A stretch of 63,838 nt of DNA, the filler included. It is 5 parts of 5 records of this genome, joined end to end, with 100 filler letters (N's around TTAATTAATTAA, not from the genome) between each part and the next. Parts side by side here need not be neighbours in the genome. Positions count along the whole stretch, not along the records: positions 58,247 to 63,838 come from DRR723986_11689; 4 more parts are not named here. One strand, 5' to 3'. Below are positions 62,550-63,838 of this stretch, in pieces. The translations under genes were made by a program, and so were the position numbers. The notes beneath the pieces were generated by a model. That model had not been told where the DNA came from and made no database searches. It saw only the letters and a program-made list of their open reading frames with translations. Every line of letters starts with the position of its first letter. The first letter of the stretch is position 1.

Positions 62550-62560
62550 AACAAGAATAA
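62550..62560 (+). promoter_or_regulatory. A-rich AAN-repeat (Hfq/Crc CA motif) before the catA RBS
   Basis: AACAAGAATAA directly upstream of GAGGAG. Confidence 0.55.
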
Positions 62561-62577
62561 TACTGAGGAGAACCACC

Positions 62578-63519
62578 ATGACCGTTAAAACCATGCAAAC
62601 AGCCGATGTGAAGGACCTGCTGGAGAAAGTCGCCGGCTTCAACCAGGACGGTGGAGATGAGCGGGTGAAGAAGATTGTTCACCGTTTCATGCACGATGTT
62701 TTCCAGCTGATTGAAGACTTCGATGTGACTCCGGAAGAGTTCTGGCAGGCTGTGTATTACGTTGGCGACCTGGGTAAGAACGGCGAGGCGGCCCTGCTGG
62801 CCCCGGGCCTGGGTATGGACAAATACCTGGACATCCGCATGGATGCCGAAGACGAGCAGGCCGGCCTGGCGGGCGGCACGCCGCGCACCATCGAAGGCCC
62901 GCTGTACGTGGCCGGTGCGCCCATGAGCGAAGGTTTTGCCCGCATGGACGACGGCTCGGATGAAAACGCAGAGACCATGATCCTGACCGGCCAGGTGACG
63001 GAAGAGAATGGTAATCCGCTGGTCAACGCGGTGGTGGATGTCTGGCACGCGAATACCATGGGCAACTACTCCTACTTTGATCAGTCCCAGAGCGAGTACA
63101 ACCTGCGCCGCCGTATTCGCACCGATGAAAACGGCCGTTACACCGCGCAGTCCATCATCCCGGCTGGCTACGGCTGCCCGCCCGAAGGTTCCACCCAGGC
63201 GCTGCTGAACCTGCTTGGTCGCCATGGCAACCGCCCGGCCCATATCCACTTCTTTATCTCCAAGTCCGGCTTCAAGCACCTGACCACCCAGATCAACCTG
63301 GCGGGTGACGAGTACACCTACGACGACTTTGCCTTCGCAACCCGCGAAGAGCTGGTAGTCGAAGCCAACCGCATTGACGACCCGGCGCAGGCCGAGGGGT
63401 ATGGCCTGAACAAACCGTTCACCAAAGTGGAATTCAACATCCAGCTGGTCTCCACCGACAAGCCAGAGCTGCAGAGCCGCCACGAGCGCAAGCGTGCGCT
63501 GGAAGGCGAAGCCGCTTAA
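62578..63519 (+). CDS. catA: Catechol 1,2-dioxygenase
   Basis: TPRTIEGPLYVAGAP, VWHAN..GNYS, NLRRRI, RPAHIHF. Confidence 0.97.
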   Translation: MTVKTMQTADVKDLLEKVAGFNQDGGDERVKKIVHRFMHDVFQLIEDFDVTPEEFWQAVYYVGDLGKNGEAALLAPGLGMDKYLDIRMDAEDEQAGLAGGTPRTIEGPLYVAGAPMSEGFARMDDGSDENAETMILTGQVTEENGNPLVNAVVDVWHANTMGNYSYFDQSQSEYNLRRRIRTDENGRYTAQSIIPAGYGCPPEGSTQALLNLLGRHGNRPAHIHFFISKSGFKHLTTQINLAGDEYTYDDFAFATREELVVEANRIDDPAQAEGYGLNKPFTKVEFNIQLVSTDKPELQSRHERKRALEGEAA

Positions 63520-63555
63520 GCCATCAACCTTTAATTGACACGTTTTGTGATCCGA

Positions 63556-63577
63556 CCGGCCCGTACATGCGGGCCGG
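63556..63577. other. GC-rich hairpin between catA and benA
   Basis: CCGGCCCG-tacatg-CGGGCCGG with no U-tract. Confidence 0.5.
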
Positions 63578-63614
63578 CACCGGGGCCCCTCGCGCCCGAA
63601 AAAACGGTAGTCAC

Positions 63615-63622
63615 AACAACAA
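63615..63622 (+). promoter_or_regulatory. Hfq/Crc CA motif before the benA RBS
   Basis: AACAACAA directly upstream of GAGGGAG. Confidence 0.6.
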
Positions 63623-63637
63623 GAGGGAGTGACGAAC

Positions 63638-63838
63638 ATGACTCGCCAACTCGACAGACTTGAAAAGCAGATCCGTGGGGCGGTAGAAGCCGACCCGACC
63701 ACCGGCCACTACCGCTGTGATCGCAGCATCTTCACCGACGAGGAGCTGTTTGAGCTGGAGATGAAACACATCTTCGAAGGCAACTGGATTTTCCTGGCTC
63801 ATGAAAGCCAGATTGAGAATCCGGGCGACTACTACACC
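63638..63838 (+). CDS. benA: Benzoate 1,2-dioxygenase alpha subunit, N-terminal fragment (absent from the ORF track)
   Basis: Own translation: MTRQLDRLEKQIRGAVEADPTTGHYRCDRSIFTDEELFELEMKHIFEGNWIFLAHESQIENPGDYYT; AntA/XylX relatives cannot be excluded. Confidence 0.8.
   Translation, partial: MTRQLDRLEKQIRGAVEADPTTGHYRCDRSIFTDEELFELEMKHIFEGNWIFLAHESQIENPGDYYT

Noticed and set aside
62443-63702. 419-aa minus-strand ORF
   Set aside because: Antisense shadow of catA.

Overview
The window is not one locus. It is five unrelated contigs joined by identical 100-bp artificial spacers (44 N + TTAATTAATTAA + 44 N) at 24650-24749, 42339-42438, 52409-52508 and 58147-58246. Taxonomic labels below are inferred from gene order and protein style; no search was run. 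Contig 1 (1-24649, betaproteobacterial, Limnobacter-like): 5' half of a tRNA-Leu, a degenerate squalene/phytoene-synthase-like gene, an RND pump, radA-alr-lplT-udg-rimI-tsaB-ispF-ispD-mfd-serB, then a complete type I secretion system followed by an AT-rich membrane-protein gene and a truncated FrpC-like RTX protein. Contig 2 (24750-42338, Rhodobacteraceae-like): five-step hut cluster with its HutC operator, an uncharacterised three-gene operon (about 566-aa hypothetical, DUF3726-like, Ldh_2 oxidoreductase), hpaFED, a TTT transporter/ALDH/Tm-1-like operon, and four multi-hairpin intergenic elements. Contig 3 (42439-52408, marine gammaproteobacterium): ilvE (partial), glnE, orphan GspE-type ATPase, DUF47-pit, argE, argA, ilvD (partial). 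Contig 4 (52509-58146, Rhodobacteraceae-like): a DUF4178 x2 / small peptide / DUF350 / membrane aminopropyltransferase / SAM decarboxylase module between two aldolase genes. Contig 5 (58247-63838, Marinobacter-like): catIJ, pcaR, catR, catBCA and benA (partial), with recognisable PcaR, CatR and Hfq/Crc sites. Best candidates for undescribed biology: (i) the T1SS cargo, which has a swapped glycine-zipper N-terminus, a coupled membrane partner gene and a self-processing module with Ser-Pro in place of Asp-Pro; (ii) the membrane aminopropylation module with a possible peptide substrate; (iii) the hypothetical/DUF3726/Ldh_2 catabolic operon.
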